Made by a program: the position numbers and the translations under genes. A DNA stretch of 63,268 bases, filler included, from Diploschistes diacapsis (Eukaryota): NCBI GenBank assembly GCA_023645945.1. It is 26 parts of 26 records of this genome, joined end to end, with 100 filler letters (N's around TTAATTAATTAA, not from the genome) between each part and the next. Parts side by side here need not be neighbours in the genome. Positions count along the whole stretch, not along the records: positions 61,729 to 63,268 come from JALAIB010002918.1; 25 more parts are not named here. One strand, 5' to 3'. Shown here piece by piece: positions 62,511 to 63,268 of the stretch. The stretch's first letter is position 1. Each line of letters begins with the position of its first letter. The notes under the pieces are model-generated. The model was not told the DNA's origin. It worked only from the letters and a program-made list of their open reading frames with translations, and ran no database searches.

Positions 62511-63268
62511 TTATCCTTTTCCTTCAATCTTGTCGGCCCGATAAGCATCGAAGGGTTAATATAAGTATTAAATAAAAGAGAATTTTAAGTCGTGGGATAG
62601 CGATGTCTTTTTTATCTTCGATATAAAAGAAACGTTTAAATTCTATTATTCGTTTTCGGGGTTTTTTAAATATATTATTTTGTAATTATTGTTTGTTTTT
62701 TTACGACTATATTAAAATGTTTTTTATCTCGGTGAAATACGCTCGTTATGTCGAGTTCGATAAGAAGGACTGTATCTTTGTTATATGGGAGGTAGTTAAA
62801 CGGACTATTCTTTCGAAGAAAGGCGAGATCGAAAAGGATAAGAAGCTTATTAACGAGGATAATGAATAAAAAGAGGAGCTAAAAAAGTAATTTCGTGAAA
62901 TTAAAGATCGTCGTTTTTAGCATAAACGTCGTATTCGTCGTAATCGAAAGGTTCTTAAATTAACGGAAAGTCGTACGGACGCGTAAGCGAGATATTTAAC
63001 GAAAAAACTAGATTTAAAATTATTTAAAACGTACGCGAATGCTTAAGAAGGCGTGTCTTTAAAGTTCGATTTAAAGTTGTTAAAACTGGCCGCAATGTCG
63101 CCGGTTTAATTAAAGTAGTTTTTAAAGGATAAAGCTCTTATTTTTTTAAATTAAATGAATCTGCGGTATTCCTTTATCTTATTTTTATAATTGTTTAAAT
63201 TTTCTAAAGATTTTTATATGTTCTGTTCTGACGGGTATTCTTTTTATTTAATAAAGAATCTTTTAAGG

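Overview
Eukaryotic sequence from a filamentous ascomycete (Pezizomycotina; spliceosomal introns with CTRAC/CTAAC branch sites, RIP signature). The window is not a contiguous locus. It is an artificial concatenation of 26 unrelated contigs joined by a 100-bp spacer (N44-TTAATTAATTAA-N44). Twenty-five contigs are about 1.54-1.56 kb in descending size order, and one is 22 kb and gene-rich (9921-32007). That contig carries SLC1, a 4-TM protein, SERF/4F5, a cupredoxin-like secreted protein, a Ser/Thr-rich secreted protein, a Tcp11/IQ protein, a PTH11-like protein, a GH5 hydrolase, a DUF6640-like protein and the start of ECM15. Most small contigs are mosaics of heavily RIP-mutated, nested transposons: at least two Ty3/Gypsy LTR families, a Ty1/Copia family, a Fot1/pogo DNA transposon, MITEs and a hAT-like TIR element built from GTGTCCGTG arrays. 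A few small contigs carry genes (a beta-class GST and partial IWR1 and TRM9). I found no clearly novel multi-gene system. The best leads are a highly structured 411-nt intron in TRM9, the TSD-less repeat-array TIR element, self-priming LTR signals and CpG-sparing broad-context RIP. Gene neighbourhoods across spacers are meaningless.
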